Positions 1 through 12,958 are shown, numbered from the stretch's first letter. The stretch is 64,000 nucleotides of DNA from Octopus vulgaris (GCA_951406725.2 OX597828.1:30628001-30692000), one strand, 5' to 3'. Notes: a model not told the origin generated them from the letters alone. Made by a program: numbers and translations.

Positions 1-359
1 TACTTCTATATCATTTTTCAACATATACATACGTGTGTACTAATCAACAAGGAAGACGTGCAAACATTGCGTGCTATATTTGCTTGACAGTAGTATTACC
101 TGGGTATAAAAATTACAGTAAGTCAGTTTTAAACCCTGTGTGTCATAAATACAAAGTATACGTCGCTGGTTGGAGTACTTTGTCTTTTGATGCTACCGAT
201 AATCAAATAGCAATTACACATGATGTCAGTTTTTATATATGAAGGTATACTCAACACATATAAAGAGAGAATGATAGATATAGATATAGATACATGTAGA
301 TGTACGTGTATATATCTGTATCTATCTACCTGATAATTAATAGTGACAGAAGCAACACT

Positions 360-770
360 AATACGAAAGTGGTAATATTTATAACCAGCTACAACTGGAT
401 GTTGTGTTGGAATACAAAATAACGTGGTGGTTAACCATGAGGGAATATATCATATGATCCTTTGGTGCATATATGCAGTCCTGTTTATATCGTATGCAGG
501 AGATAAATCAAGATTTCGTTTCGCAATATATACTAATGGAAACCTCGCAGAAAATCTTTAAATTATTCCGGAGTCTTCAATGTGTGAATTTATCTTCTAT
601 CAAAAGATATCTTGAAATAAAGTGATTTCGATATGGATTTGCAATGAACAATCCCAGTTCGTTTAGAGAATTGTTTATCGCATTTCTCTAAAACATGTAT
701 GACAAATGGAAACTCTGTTACACTACAGCGAAACTGCCAGCACAACATTGCTAGTAATGGTTATAGCAAG
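360..770 (+). mobile_element. possible very decayed PLE RT fragment
   Basis: Broken frames give LDVV and GFAMNNPS, loosely resembling RT motifs DV.SLYTNI and G.AMG.P; weak. Confidence 0.25.
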
Positions 771-860
771 TTAAAGCGCTGAAAATCTTTTATATTTCAT
801 ATTAATATATTGGTTCCAAGATTTTTTCAGTAGGAAGCAACTTCGAGGAATGTATAACAC

Positions 861-985
861 GATTACCTCGATCCTAGTGCTCAAAAGTCGGCCTCGGTGG
901 AATTTGGCTACAGAACGTATAGACAGACGAAATACCACAAAGCTTTCTACCCAGTATGCTAATGTTTCTGCTAGCTCGCCGTCTT
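861..985 (-). mobile_element. tRNA-head SINE, family B (Nin/Deu-like core), partial
   Basis: Reverse complement ggcgagctagcagaaacattagca...aaattccaccgaggccgacttt matches copies at 24050 and 53718. Confidence 0.7.
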
Positions 986-1011
986 AAATGCGTTTAATAT
1001 TAACACGAAAT

Positions 1012-1160
1012 ATAAGTCGTCGAGATGGCACAATCGTTAGCATTTCCGACAAAAGCTTTGTGTCATTTCGTTCGTCTTTATGTTCTGAGTTAAGATTCCT
1101 CTCAAAAGCTTCCCTTCCTTTTTATCCTTTTATGGTCGTTAAAATATGTACCAGTTGGAA
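1012..1160 (+). mobile_element. SINE family B, diverged
   Basis: ggcacaatcgttagca...ttctgagtt...ccttttt...taaaatatgtaccagt, homologous to 24050-24200. Confidence 0.6.
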
Positions 1161-1249
1161 AACTCAGACATTTCCAGGTGACCCAAAGTGTCCCGAATAG
1201 TAAATCCTAAAATTTTGGCTTCATTTCAATTTATTTTTTCTCTATCACA

Positions 1250-1563
1250 GTTTTAACAAAAGACAGTCTAAGTTACGGGGATGTAAACACACCAACACCA
1301 TTTGTCAAGCGATGGGGTGGAGACAAACATTGGTAAAATACATAGATACATAGATACATAGATACATACATACATATACATACATATATATATATATATA
1401 CGACGGATTTTTTCAGTTTTCGCCTACGAAATCCACTCATAAGGCTTTGGTCGGCTCGAGCCTATATTAGAGTACACTTGGCCAAAGTGCAACGCAGTGG
1501 GACTGAAACAGGAGCCATGTGATTGAGAAGCAACCTTCTTACCTCACAGTCACACGTGTGCCT
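1250..1563 (-). mobile_element. tRNA-head SINE family A
   Basis: Reverse-complement homolog of 5392-5775 (gtgagtggatt...cgaaaactgaaa; tgtttacatccccgtaacttag). Confidence 0.8.
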
Positions 1564-1639
1564 ATATGCATAAAAAAAGTTTTATACTGGGTAATAAACG
1601 TGATAATGGGGTATTAATTACTCCTATTTCGAAATTCAC

Positions 1640-2600
1640 GACAAATTTGTAGAAGGAAAACTAATCGAAATATAAATAAGACTAACACATTGGGAAGCTT
1701 TATATAAATATTTTCAAATAAATACTAATCTTGTACCCGTAGGAAATTATAATATCATCGTTGTAATATCACCGGTAACATTACAACTTATAAAATACCT
1801 CTTAGCTTATAATTAATAAATAGTTAGCATGCTTTGTCGTCCCAGTATTCCATAAGTAAATACTAGGATCAGTCTTTATAAATACCACCTAATATGTAAA
1901 TAATTATGTATATGAAATAATGTTAAACTAATTCTATGTAATTTTCTCTTTCTAAAGTTGAAAATTTGGTATATATATAAATTTTATCTATTTGGTTAAA
2001 ATATCGTTCTTGATATTCCTAAATTTTTGACTTTCTACATCATAACAATATTGTTTATAATCAATCACCTATAGTAAGCAATAACAAAATTTCCTCTCTA
2101 TTAACACCATTCGTTATATTAGCATCTTTCCCCTTTAACTAGTAATTAAAATCATGATTTGAGGCCTTCCAGTACCCAACCTACTTTATAGTCACTTTAT
2201 ACTAGTGGAAAAAAATCTTGACACTATATGACCACACCCACTAAGTACTGTCAACTTTCTCATGCCTTTTCCAAACAGTATTTGCAAAGACTAATTATAG
2301 TAGTTGATAAACAAGACTAATAAATTAAAACAACCAAAATCAGTTATAAGCTATGACCCCAGCAAACTTTTTCCTGAAGTCTAGTATATTCTAAGCTGAA
2401 ATGATGGCAACATGGACTTGGTCTTCTTACTCGATTACAGTATATAAGTATACAAGTAAAATTATATTTATGTGTCCGACTGATTAAAAAATCCTATTTA
2501 ATTATTTACTCAGCTTAGAATTAACCTACATTTAAATCGATGTAATGAATGCATTGGTCAATTAAATGGAGCCGCTTGAAACTGTCGTAGTGCTTCACCT
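1640..2600 (+). mobile_element. highly decayed PLE-like RT remnant
   Basis: Fragmentary RT-like motifs; inverted homolog of 6130-7400 (2525-2571 matches the reverse complement of 6130-6175). Confidence 0.4.
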
Positions 2601-2692
2601 CTGGATATCCTGTTGCTTATTTTAGTTTTGTTTACCTTACTTTGAGTTGTAAAGATAATACCAAACTAATTTTCGCTTCTTCCACTTAAGTA

Positions 2693-2722
<30 letters not shown>

Positions 2723-2728
<6 letters not shown>

Positions 2729-2880
2729 ATAGAAGGAGCTTCTAGAGGACTAGAACTGTTTCATTCAAATGAAATCATCAGGAAGCTCATGATTATTTCA
2801 TGATGATTTCATGATTATTTCATGATGATTTCATTTGAATGAAACAGTTCTAGTCCTGTAGAAACTCCTTCTATAAAATA
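2723..2880. repeat. ~58-bp-arm fold-back palindrome carrying a hammerhead motif (PLE pseudo-LTR derived)
   Basis: Arms 2723-2780 and 2823-2880 are reverse complements with 2 mismatches; spacer contains a duplicated atgattatttcatgatgatttc. Confidence 0.85.
2736..2788 (-). ncRNA. type I hammerhead ribozyme motif
   Basis: GAGCUUC-CUGAUGA-UUUCAUUUGAAU-GAAACAG-UUCUAGUC-CUCUA-GAAGCUC; the opposite arm has CUGUA, which completes stem III. Confidence 0.75.
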
Positions 2881-2947
2881 AATTAATTTACTCTGCTATG
2901 TATTGAGTACCTTATTTACTGTGGTTAACCCCGACTCAACCCGGGAC

Positions 2948-3029
<82 letters not shown>

Positions 3030-3328
3030 ATATATGTATGTGTGTGTGTGTATAGGATAGCCAGTTGGTGAAAAATTTGCTTGGGTTGAAAATAGTAGTA
3101 ACACGGAGAACTTTGGTGTGGCAATTAACTTTCCTTGTTATATTTATTAGTCTTCTTGCAAGCTATTTTGTTTATATATATATTCGTGTTGTAGCATGAG
3201 CTACAAGTTTATTGCTTCACAAGAAGGATATATATATATTTAAATCTCTCTATTTCCCTCTATCTCTCTCTATCTCTCTCCCTCTCTCTCTCTCTATATA
3301 TATATATATACTTATATATACATATGTA

Positions 3329-3435
<107 letters not shown>

Positions 3436-3487
3436 ATGTATATGTATATATATATATATATGCATATATATATTACATATATATATA

Positions 3488-4653
3488 TTTGGTTGGCAAC
3501 TAAGTTCTCGCCGTTTTTTGAAATATAAATTTTTTAATAGGTTTAATAAAATATAACATATTAATCAATAACGTATTCACCATTTTTGTTTACAACTTCT
3601 TCACAGCGTTCAACAAGATTTTCAATACCTCGTTGGGAGTAATCGTCCGATTTCGACCAAGTTCTCAATTCTGCATCAGTATTGAACGAAATTCTGCGCA
3701 TAGCATTTGAAAGAGATCGAAAGAGGTGGAAATCCGTTGGTGCCAAATCAGGAGAGTATGGCATGTGTGGCAGCACTCTTCAGCCATGCGTTTGAATAGC
3801 TTTCTTGGTCATATTTACGATATGAGGGGGGTGTTGTAATACAGTAGAAGAACTCCATGCTGACGATTAGGTTTTTTTTCTGTTGAATAGCCGTGGAGAG
3901 TCGTTCCATCTGTTGAACATAAAGTTCCGCGTTGACTGTTCAAGTCCCTTCTCAGTTCCACTATACACACAACATCGTTTTACGCGGATGAAGATTTTGT
4001 TTCACGCGTGGTATCGCTTAGTTACCGTGGCTAAACAATTCCTTACGCTGCCTCATATTGATGTACTATTTTTCGTTGCCAGTAATGATTCGGTAAAGGA
4101 ATTATTGCTTGTGTCCATGAGTTGAGCGGTGACGAACAAGAAAACCAGCGGAGATTGCCGCTCGTTAATTTGTGTTGTTGTCACTTAAAGGATGCGGAAC
4201 CTGTAGTCTATAGCAGTGTGGGAGCATTCCATTTTCTTTGTCAGGTCCTTTGTCGTTTGAGAATTTTCGTGCAAAAGTTGGCTTAATCGTTCTTCATCGA
4301 ACTCAACTGGACGACCTGAACGAGATGCGTCTTGGAGGTCAAGATTTCCATTTTTGAACTTGGCATACCAATGACGAGCGGTTCTTTCAACTATGGCACC
4401 CTCTCCAAAGACAGCAGAGACCTCGCGAGCAGCTTTTGCGGCCTTCGAACTTTAATTAAAAACAAAAAGCAGGTGTCGAAATTGCTCGTTTTTCTTAACT
4501 TGACATTCCATTTTAATGATCTAAAAATAAACAAAACTTAACTAAAATTAACTAGGAAAAAATAGAATTCTCGAAAAAATGGATTCTAAACATTAAAAGA
4601 GCAATAAATTCGAAAATTTAAAAGTAACGACGGGAACTTAGTTGCCAACTCAA
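3488..4653 (-). mobile_element. mariner transposon, near full-length, transposase disrupted
   Basis: TIRs (ttggcaactaagttc...) at both ends flanked by TA; start MECQVKKNEQFRHL near 4511; YSPDLAPTDFHLF in ORF 3561-3776. Confidence 0.92.
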
Positions 4654-4660
4654 TATATGC

Positions 4661-4741
<81 letters not shown>

Positions 4742-4744
4742 CAT

Positions 4745-4801
<57 letters not shown>

Positions 4802-4808
4802 CGTATTC

Positions 4809-4860
<52 letters not shown>

Positions 4861-5041
4861 ATATATATGTATATATATATGTGTATATACATATGTATAT
4901 ATATATATACATATATATATATATACTTTTTATCTTGTATTAAACTTTTTAATACTTTTTGATATTTATATATATTTAAAAAAAAAAAAAAAATGAATAC
5001 ATATAATTAAAAAATAAAAACATAAATATAAATATATATAT

Positions 5042-6130
5042 ATATAAATTTATAAATATAAATTAATAATTTTAACTTTTTAACTTTAAATTTAAATAAT
5101 ATAAATTTTGAATTTTATATTTAATATATTTTGTATATGATATTAATTAATTTTAATTTCTATGTTTTGGTTTATGTTTTTCACTGTTTGATTTGCCAAA
5201 TAGTGGTTTTATCTCTAATTTAATTTCTATATATGTATGTATAATATGCTGGGTCACAGGTTTTAACTGATTAATATCAATTTCTACCCTTATTAAATTT
5301 TAAATGTATGTATATATATATATGTATAAATACATGTATATATATATGTATGTATATTTACATATATATATACATATATATATATGTATGTATAGCGGCT
5401 GTGTGGTAAGTAGCTCGCTAACCAACCACGTGGTTCCGGGTTCAGTCCCACTGCATGGCATCTTGGGCAAGTGTCTTCTGCTATAGACCAAAGCCTTGTG
5501 AGTGGATTTGGTAGACGGAAACTGAAAGAAGCCTGTCGTATATATGTATGTGTGTGTATATGTTTGTGTGTCTGTGTTTGTCCCTCTAGCTTTGCTTGAC
5601 AATCGATGCTGGTGTGTTTACGTCCCCGTCACTTAGCGGTTCGGCAAAAGAGACCGATAGAATAAATACTGGGCTTACAAAGAATAAGTCCCGCGGTCGA
5701 TTTGCTCGATTAAAGGCGGTGTTCCAGCATAGCCGCAGTCAAATGACTGAAACACGTAAAAGAGTAAAAGAGAGTAAATATATATATAAATTTATAAATA
5801 TAAATTAATAATTTTAACTTTTTAACTTTAAATTTAAATAATTTAAATTTTAAGTTTAATATTTAATATATTTTGTAATATTATATTAATTAATTTTAAT
5901 TTCTATGTTTTGGTTTATGTTTTCCCTGTTTGATTTGCCTAATAGTGGTTTTATCTCTAATTTAATTTCTATATATGTATGTATATTATGCTGGGCCACT
6001 GGTTTTAATTGATTAATATCAATTCCTACCCTTATTAAATTTTAAATGTATGTATATATATATATATGTATAAATACATGTATATATATATATGTATAGT
6101 GGCTGTGTGGTAAGTAGCTTGCTAACCAAC
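5042..6130 (+). repeat. direct duplication of ~390 bp (5042-5428 and 5780-6130) bracketing a SINE body
   Basis: Near-identical AT-rich block plus first ~35 nt of the SINE head (ggctgtgtggtaagtagct) repeated with ~740 bp period. Confidence 0.85.
5392..5775 (+). mobile_element. tRNA-head SINE family A, near full-length
   Basis: A-box-like ggctgtgtggtaag, B-box-like gggttcagtccc, internal (TG)n, purine-rich tail; several copies in the window. Confidence 0.88.
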
Positions 6131-7660
6131 TCCATGTAATTGAACAATGCACTCATTACATCAATTTAAAATGCAGAGCAATCTTCAGCTGCACAAAGAC
6201 ATAGAATTTAATTAAAGTAGAACAGATGGACACATTAGTATAATTATACCTAAAATATCCAAGAATTTAAGGATATAGACAAAGAACATGCTGTCTTACA
6301 CCACCATAGATGTTACTAATCTAATGAAAAAAATATATATGTTTACAGACTCTGCCTGTCACTCATTTGTTTTGCTCTTTTTGGGGTTAGTTTTAATTTA
6401 TAGACTAGTTTATCAAAACCCAGTATCTGTTAAGAGTAGGGCTAAGGGAAAAGGTAGATAGTATAGTTGGTACAGTCATAAACATCAATAATTATTAGAA
6501 GCAATATCATGAGGCTTGGCAAAGGAAAACTTAAAACAAGATGTTAGCTGATAATTAAGGGGATCGCCCACAAGCAGACCATTGATAATGAAGCAGCGGA
6601 AGTCTTATCATGTAGTACTATAGTTAAATATTTTAAACAATGTTGCTATATTGTATACCGTCAAAGATTAGGGTTATTCAGAGGATTATTAAGAAGAATA
6701 TTATAACAAAACGATAGGCATTTATGAATACATTTGAATATATACCAAACATTTACCCTAATAGATGGAGGAAAAAATTTTCAGAAATAGTTTAATATTT
6801 ATACATATTGTACACTTTAATACTAACTCATCAGATGATATCTGTGAATATTGATTAATTGCTATATACTGGTATTGATAAAGGAGTATGGAGGTAAAGG
6901 AACATGCTGATTATATATTAATAAAATTATAATCTCAGTAGTTTTTTTTTAATATACCAGTATAGCTTTATATAAGCTAAGTATGAATGTGTAGTGATAC
7001 AAAAATTAGATTAATTTTATAAATAAGTAAAGGCTAATATTAAAATAATAAAGAAATAAAATAAAATAATCAAGTAGGACAGAAAAGGAAATACAATAGC
7101 TTCATTACTAATGCTATGGTAACGTATATGTACCTTATTACCAACAATAGAGAAGATTTTTAGAAAAAAGTATAATTCAAAATATATTACCTCTAAAAAT
7201 TATATATTTTTTACTTATTTAGCTAATACCAATAAACGATAGATGTCTACTATCAGCTAAAGGAATATTTATGTTATGGAACAATCATATTTTACACTAA
7301 TCTTTAAAAAAAGAAAACTGAGTGTAATATTACAGGTTTAAGAAGTCATTGTTACTTCCTACATGATATTTATAATTTCTTAATGGTTATTTATGTAAAG
7401 GCCCTTATAAATACTAAGTTCAGGAGGGTAGAGCCATTTAGGAAAGAGATAAATCAGGTAATTTCTAAAGATCATTTGAAAAAATGTTGTCTTATTGAAT
7501 AAAGTTAAGATTTAGGGTAATCAAGAAGATTATTAAGAATGAAATTGTAACAACAGGATAACACTTCTTTGAATATTTTGAGTATATACCAAATATTTAC
7601 CACCATAGAGGGAGGAAAAGAAAATTGCAAAGAAATGGTATAATGTTTATTTATTTATTG
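6130..7660 (-). mobile_element. decayed PLE-like remnant(s)
   Basis: Inverted homology to 1730-2571; internal diverged direct repeat 6660-6800 vs 7505-7650. Confidence 0.4.
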
Positions 7661-7775
7661 CTTATCTAAATATTGACTTATTATATGGTTTCTATGGAGA
7701 TTGATCAAATTGGATTTAACCGGTATTTAATACCATATTTCTCGGAATCAAAATTTTGGCTGACATATATATATA

Positions 7776-7848
<73 letters not shown>

Positions 7849-7849
<1 letters not shown>

Positions 7850-7935
7850 TTGTCAGTGTCTAGATAATTTCGTGTCGTAACATGAGCTTAAGGGGAAAAA
7901 AAGATATACAGATATAAGGTATGTTAATGCATTAT

Positions 7936-8012
<77 letters not shown>

Positions 8013-8133
8013 CATGTATTTATGTATGTATGTATGTATGTATAAAACCTTAACATACATAGCTTATATCTGTATATCTTCCTTTTTCTGTTAAGCACAT
8101 GTTACGACACGAAATTATCCGGACATTGACAAT
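7849..8133. repeat. MITE-like inverted repeat (~90 bp arms) around a microsatellite
   Basis: attgtcagtgtctagataatttcgtgtcgtaacatg ... catgttacgacacgaaattatccggacattgacaat. Confidence 0.8.
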
Positions 8134-8756
8134 GAATGAAAACAAAATGTAATGTATATATTTTATGAAAATCATTGATTGCTTATATGATCTGGCAAAG
8201 TTTTACGTATATCTACGACATTTTCCTTCGGAGAACGTGTAAGTCTACGATTTTATTAATAAGACTGAATATAATCTGCGAAATAATAACTATATATAAC
8301 AGGGTGACATATTATTATTATTTTTGTTAAAAAAATGAGTTTTACAAATTATATAAGCACATATATATGTGTTAGTAACATGCTTTTCGAGAGCTAAGCA
8401 AACTTTTTTTTTATCTAAGAAATTTTATTTTATTCTATATAACTATTGATTGTTAAATTTGAATTTTTAATTAGTTTAGTTGTTAATGATAATTTAGATA
8501 TGTACATTTATTTAATTATTATTAGTATATAATTATTATAACTGAACGTAAATTTTAAGATATTAGTTAGTCACTTTGGTATATAGAACCTAAAATAGTA
8601 ATATGATTTTTTGAAAGATAGGTTATACGTTTTTGATTTGATTTTTAATTTTTAAATTTTATTTCAAAAATATATTCTATACATATTTATAATATTTATG
8701 AAAGTAATAATGGACTAATTTATATATTTTTGGTTGTATGTTTATATACTTATTGA

Positions 8757-9740
8757 TAGAGAAACTTCTGTGACCTGTCTCAAGATAGCATGGGATGTGT
8801 AGATAGGATATTCAACTTAAGCTCCCCTAAGGATCCCTTGTGGCAGTCTACAGCATGTTGGTAGAAGATGGAGTTTGGCTTCCTTTCAATGTAGTTGTCC
8901 AGGTGTTCTTTGAACCTATCATTGATGCTTCTAGAGGTCTCACCTATGTATGACTCCGGGTTAGCCGCGCAAGCTCCCCCCTGGCACTTAATCTGGTATA
9001 CAGTGCCCCTGGTTTTACAATTTACGTGTGGATTTGTCGAACACACTGCACAATTACTCTGACAGGTGATTCTATCAAATGGATATATACATCCACATTC
9101 TTAAATATCATACCACTCTCACTAACTATTTCTATACATTTATCGACAGCAAAGTCTATATCGATGGAGGGGTATATTGATACCACAACCATGCTACCCA
9201 CGATGTGGTTCTTGAGGTCACACATTCGCGGATCCTGCTAAGGAGGTCCTCAGTACTGTCACATACATCTGCAGATAGTTCTATTAACGGTCGTAGGAAT
9301 TGTGAGAGAAAGTATGATATTTTGTGGTTGTTTGCGTTGTTGGCACCACAAACGGGTCGGGTGGGTGGCCCAAGTATATTGTCCGTGTGGCTCTTGTGAT
9401 CTTTGCGAAGGCCATATAGGGGTGGGATTTCGTTGTTGGTGGTTAAGAAGTAGTTAGCTGTGCGCTTCTCCGACTGGAGAATTATACTCCACATCCCCAT
9501 GTGAGCATTGACGATCTTTTCGTTCTCGATATATTCGAGTGTTGTGGTTTCTGTCATGTCTCTGATGTGCGGTTGAATGTTCGAGATGTAATTAGGTATG
9601 TTGTCAACAGACATCCTACCTGATTTGTCGGTCGGGAAACACACAATCTCTCTGTTTTTGATGCGTCTTTTTAATATGTTAAGGCCTTTCTTAATTTTGG
9701 TGTTAAGATCGTGGGTCTTATTTACCGATCGTTCTTGTAT
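8757..9740 (-). mobile_element. PLE, RT N-terminal part fused by internal deletion to the GIY-YIG domain
   Basis: ORF 9156-9644 has PTDKSG, LYGLRKDHK, PPTRPVCG; then SIYPSID; ORF 8780-9046 has VYQIKC...YIGETSR...RFKEH. Confidence 0.88.
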
Positions 9741-10456
9741 CTGAGGAATGTATCACCACTATGCCAACCACAAGAACGACAACAACACATCCAGCACTAC
9801 ATATTCCGAATGCAACTCTCCGGATACACACAAGACGATAGAGTCAGGGTGTACAAAGGAGCGAAAGCTAGATTCGAACGCATTCTAGGGAACGACGAAA
9901 ACGGTATATGCCCCTGTACCGCAACAAGTTCTGGAATAGGTTAGAGAGGGACACCAACAAAAAGATGAGAAACGTTACTTGGTACGATAACAGGAGATTT
10001 CACGGAGTGATGTTCGTTGACGCCACACCTAAGAACGAGCTAAGTAAAGCATTCCAGAAAGTCCTGCGCACTACGGGCCTAAAAGTTAAAGTTGTAGAAA
10101 AGACAGGTAGGACTATCAAATCGGCATTATGCAGATCATATCCATTTGATAGAATCACCTGTCAGAGTAATTGTGCAGTGTGTTCGACAAATCCACACGT
10201 AAATTGTAAAACCAAGGGCACTGTATACCAGATTAAGTGCCAGGAGGGAGCTTGCGCGGCTAACCCGGAGTCATACATAGGTGAGACCTCTAGAAGCATC
10301 AATGATAGGTTCAAAGAACACCTGGACAACTACATTGAAAGGAAGCCAAACTCCATCTTCTACCAACATGCTGTAGACTGCCACAAGGGATCCTTAGGGG
10401 AGCTTAAGTTGAACATCCTATCTAGACATCCCACCGAGAAGGAGACTATTCTATAA
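9740..10456 (+). mobile_element. PLE, 5'-truncated thumb + GIY-YIG region, head-to-head with the preceding copy
   Basis: ORFs 9711-9944 and 9908-10456 (frameshifted) with CxxxCxxC and YIGETSR; 10139-10432 is an inverted near-identical copy of 8793-9083. Confidence 0.9.
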
Positions 10457-11501
10457 CCACCTCTCTCTCTCAGAAGGACTATTCTATAACCACCCCTTTC
10501 ACCACCTGTAGTCCTTACATACAGGTTGCAATGCGTATGTGCAGTTATATACAACGGTATGAGCAGACGTTGTTTGATACGAACAGTTGCACCTAGGCGT
10601 TGTACCCATTCACGGTTAGACGATGATGAGAGGAACAAACACACACCCACACACACATATATATATGTGTGTGCGTCTATACAAACATATATGTAAATAT
10701 GTATACAACCTTCAGCTAAGTAACAGTCATGTACACAACTTGGACGGACACATGCCAGTACACACGGACATACGTTCACATACACATACACATGTACACA
10801 CTCTCACGGACACATCTGCCCATTCTCCTAGACACTCACATACATACGTAGCACATGAATACAAACATACATACATACCTACGTATGGGCATACACACGT
10901 ACATACGCACGTACATGTACACACACACATACATGGGCACATGCATACGAGCGCGTATACATACATACGCACATGCGTACGTATGTACATACATACATAC
11001 ATACATACATACATACATACATACATACATACATACATACATACATACATACATACATACATACATACGCACATACATACATACATACGAACAATAGTAA
11101 ACATTAGTTCTGTGATATAGAGATAAAAATCTGATAATAGATTTTAGGGTATAGTTCTTGTGAGCAAGCGTCATAAATTCACTTTCTAGCCTCGGCCGTA
11201 GGGAGTTGAAATTTGATAGCGTTGTGATGAGTGGTCACTCTACATCCATCCATCGCTACAGGTTTATAACTTTATGTTTTATAGAGTGTATGTGCGTGCT
11301 TATACACACACATACATACATACATACATACATACATACATACATACATACATACATACATACATACATACATACACAGGCGTATGTGCGGACATGAATA
11401 CGTACATACATACACACATGTATGCATACATACACACATACATACGTACATACATATATATGACGAACTAACTGTTACTTTATGTTAGATGCAGCACGAA
11501 C

Positions 11502-11551
11502 TTTGTCAGTGAACAGGTCGCGGATTTTAGCGACGAAAATATTTTGACAAA
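11502..11551 (+). ncRNA. hammerhead-like motif, G3-C8 core variant
   Basis: UUUGUCA-GUGAACA-G-GUCGC-GGAUUUUA-GCGAC-GAA-AAU/AUU-U-UGACAAA: 7-bp stem I, 5-bp stem II, palindromic stem III. Confidence 0.72.
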
Positions 11552-11690
11552 TTAAACTTAAGTGTTGGAGTGAATCGAACGGCTTTATGTGTGATTCTTA
11601 AATGGCTTATAAACACCTTCCACGCTGCAATTGTTTTCGTTTCAGCACACGATCTCAGATCAAATTACTTGCTATGCGAGTACATCTCCG

Positions 11691-11753
<63 letters not shown>

Positions 11754-11761
11754 GAGAGATA

Positions 11762-12086
11762 TATAAGTGGTACAATAAGGCACCAATATTTGCTGGAAAA
11801 TAGCAATCGATACAAAAGCGACGCTATTGTATACCTTCAGTGCGTATTCACTAATATAGACATGTGTGCGTGCAAGAAACATGAAAAAATTGTCTTACCA
11901 CTAGGAAGATCATTCGATAAATGGACAACATATAATCGGATAATGCAGGAACGGTTTCTCAAATTTTTCATGTTTGTTGCACACACTCGTCTTTTCTATT
12001 AAACATGCAGTGAAGCTAAACAATAGCGTCGTATTTGTATCGATTGCTATTTTCTAGTAAATATTGGTGCATTGTACCACTTATGT
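11762..12086. mobile_element. MITE-like element with ~85 bp terminal inverted repeats
   Basis: taagtggtacaat...caccaatattt...aaaatagcaatcgatacaaa...gacgctattgt and its reverse complement at 12005-12086. Confidence 0.8.
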
Positions 12087-12162
12087 ATTTTTATATGTAT
12101 AATTCTACTCTTACGGGGCTTTATTTTACTGCAAAGTAATACATTTGTATTGCATAATTATT

Positions 12163-12205
<43 letters not shown>

Positions 12206-12330
12206 ATTCAATACAGACATACGTTTGAATATATAGATATATATATATACATATATACATGTAAGAATTTTTTGCGTAATAAGATAAACAACCAAGGCTG
12301 TGTAGATATTAGAGCATTTATAGATAGAAG

Positions 12331-12382
12331 GTCTTACAGCTGTTTCTAGGATATTTATTAATTATATCCCTTCACCGGAGAC
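12331..12382 (-). ncRNA. decayed type I hammerhead motif (solo pseudo-LTR)
   Basis: GUCU-CCGGUGA-AG-GGAUAU...AUAUCC-UA-GAA-ACAG/CUGU-A-AGAC; core has two transitions relative to CUGAUGA. Confidence 0.65.
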
Positions 12383-12749
12383 GGTGTGAGAGGATAGTTA
12401 AGTCATAGTTATATATATTTTTTGTACGAATTTAGTACGAATCTATGTAAAACACAATGATCGATTCGATCGAAACTGCCTCAGCCCAGAATAGTTTTAT
12501 ATTGTACATCTCATTGGCTTCAATCTATCATTGCAGCTTCTGTTACTTCAACCACCTGGTGTAGAGAATGATGTAATGTATTCACATTTGGGATTATGTT
12601 CTGCATAGGTGAATATATAGAGTTATAGAGATGTCAACATAGCCTCATTGATAATGTGTGTATATGTGCGTGTGCGCTTGTGTGTGTGTGTGCCTACATG
12701 TATACACACACACATATCTATACGTGTATATTATTATTATTATTATTCA

Positions 12750-12958
12750 GTAGTTTTATTTTTATAGCGTGCTTTCACTTCACTACCGAGCGCAGCTCTG
12801 TGTGCCTTGGGTATGTGCTGTGATTTGTTGTGATGCTCTGATGGTTATTGTATGGAAAGTGTTCTGCGTAGGATGTGTGCAGTGCCTAGTAGTGCAAATT
12901 TCTGTATGTTATATGTGTTTGTAAGTCCTGGTGTTTTTGTTATGTATTTGTCTGAATA

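Noticed and set aside
12455-12490. CAAUGA-UCGAUUCGAUC-GAAACUG...CAG hammerhead-like stretch
   Set aside because: Core and cleavage triplet degenerate; no stem I
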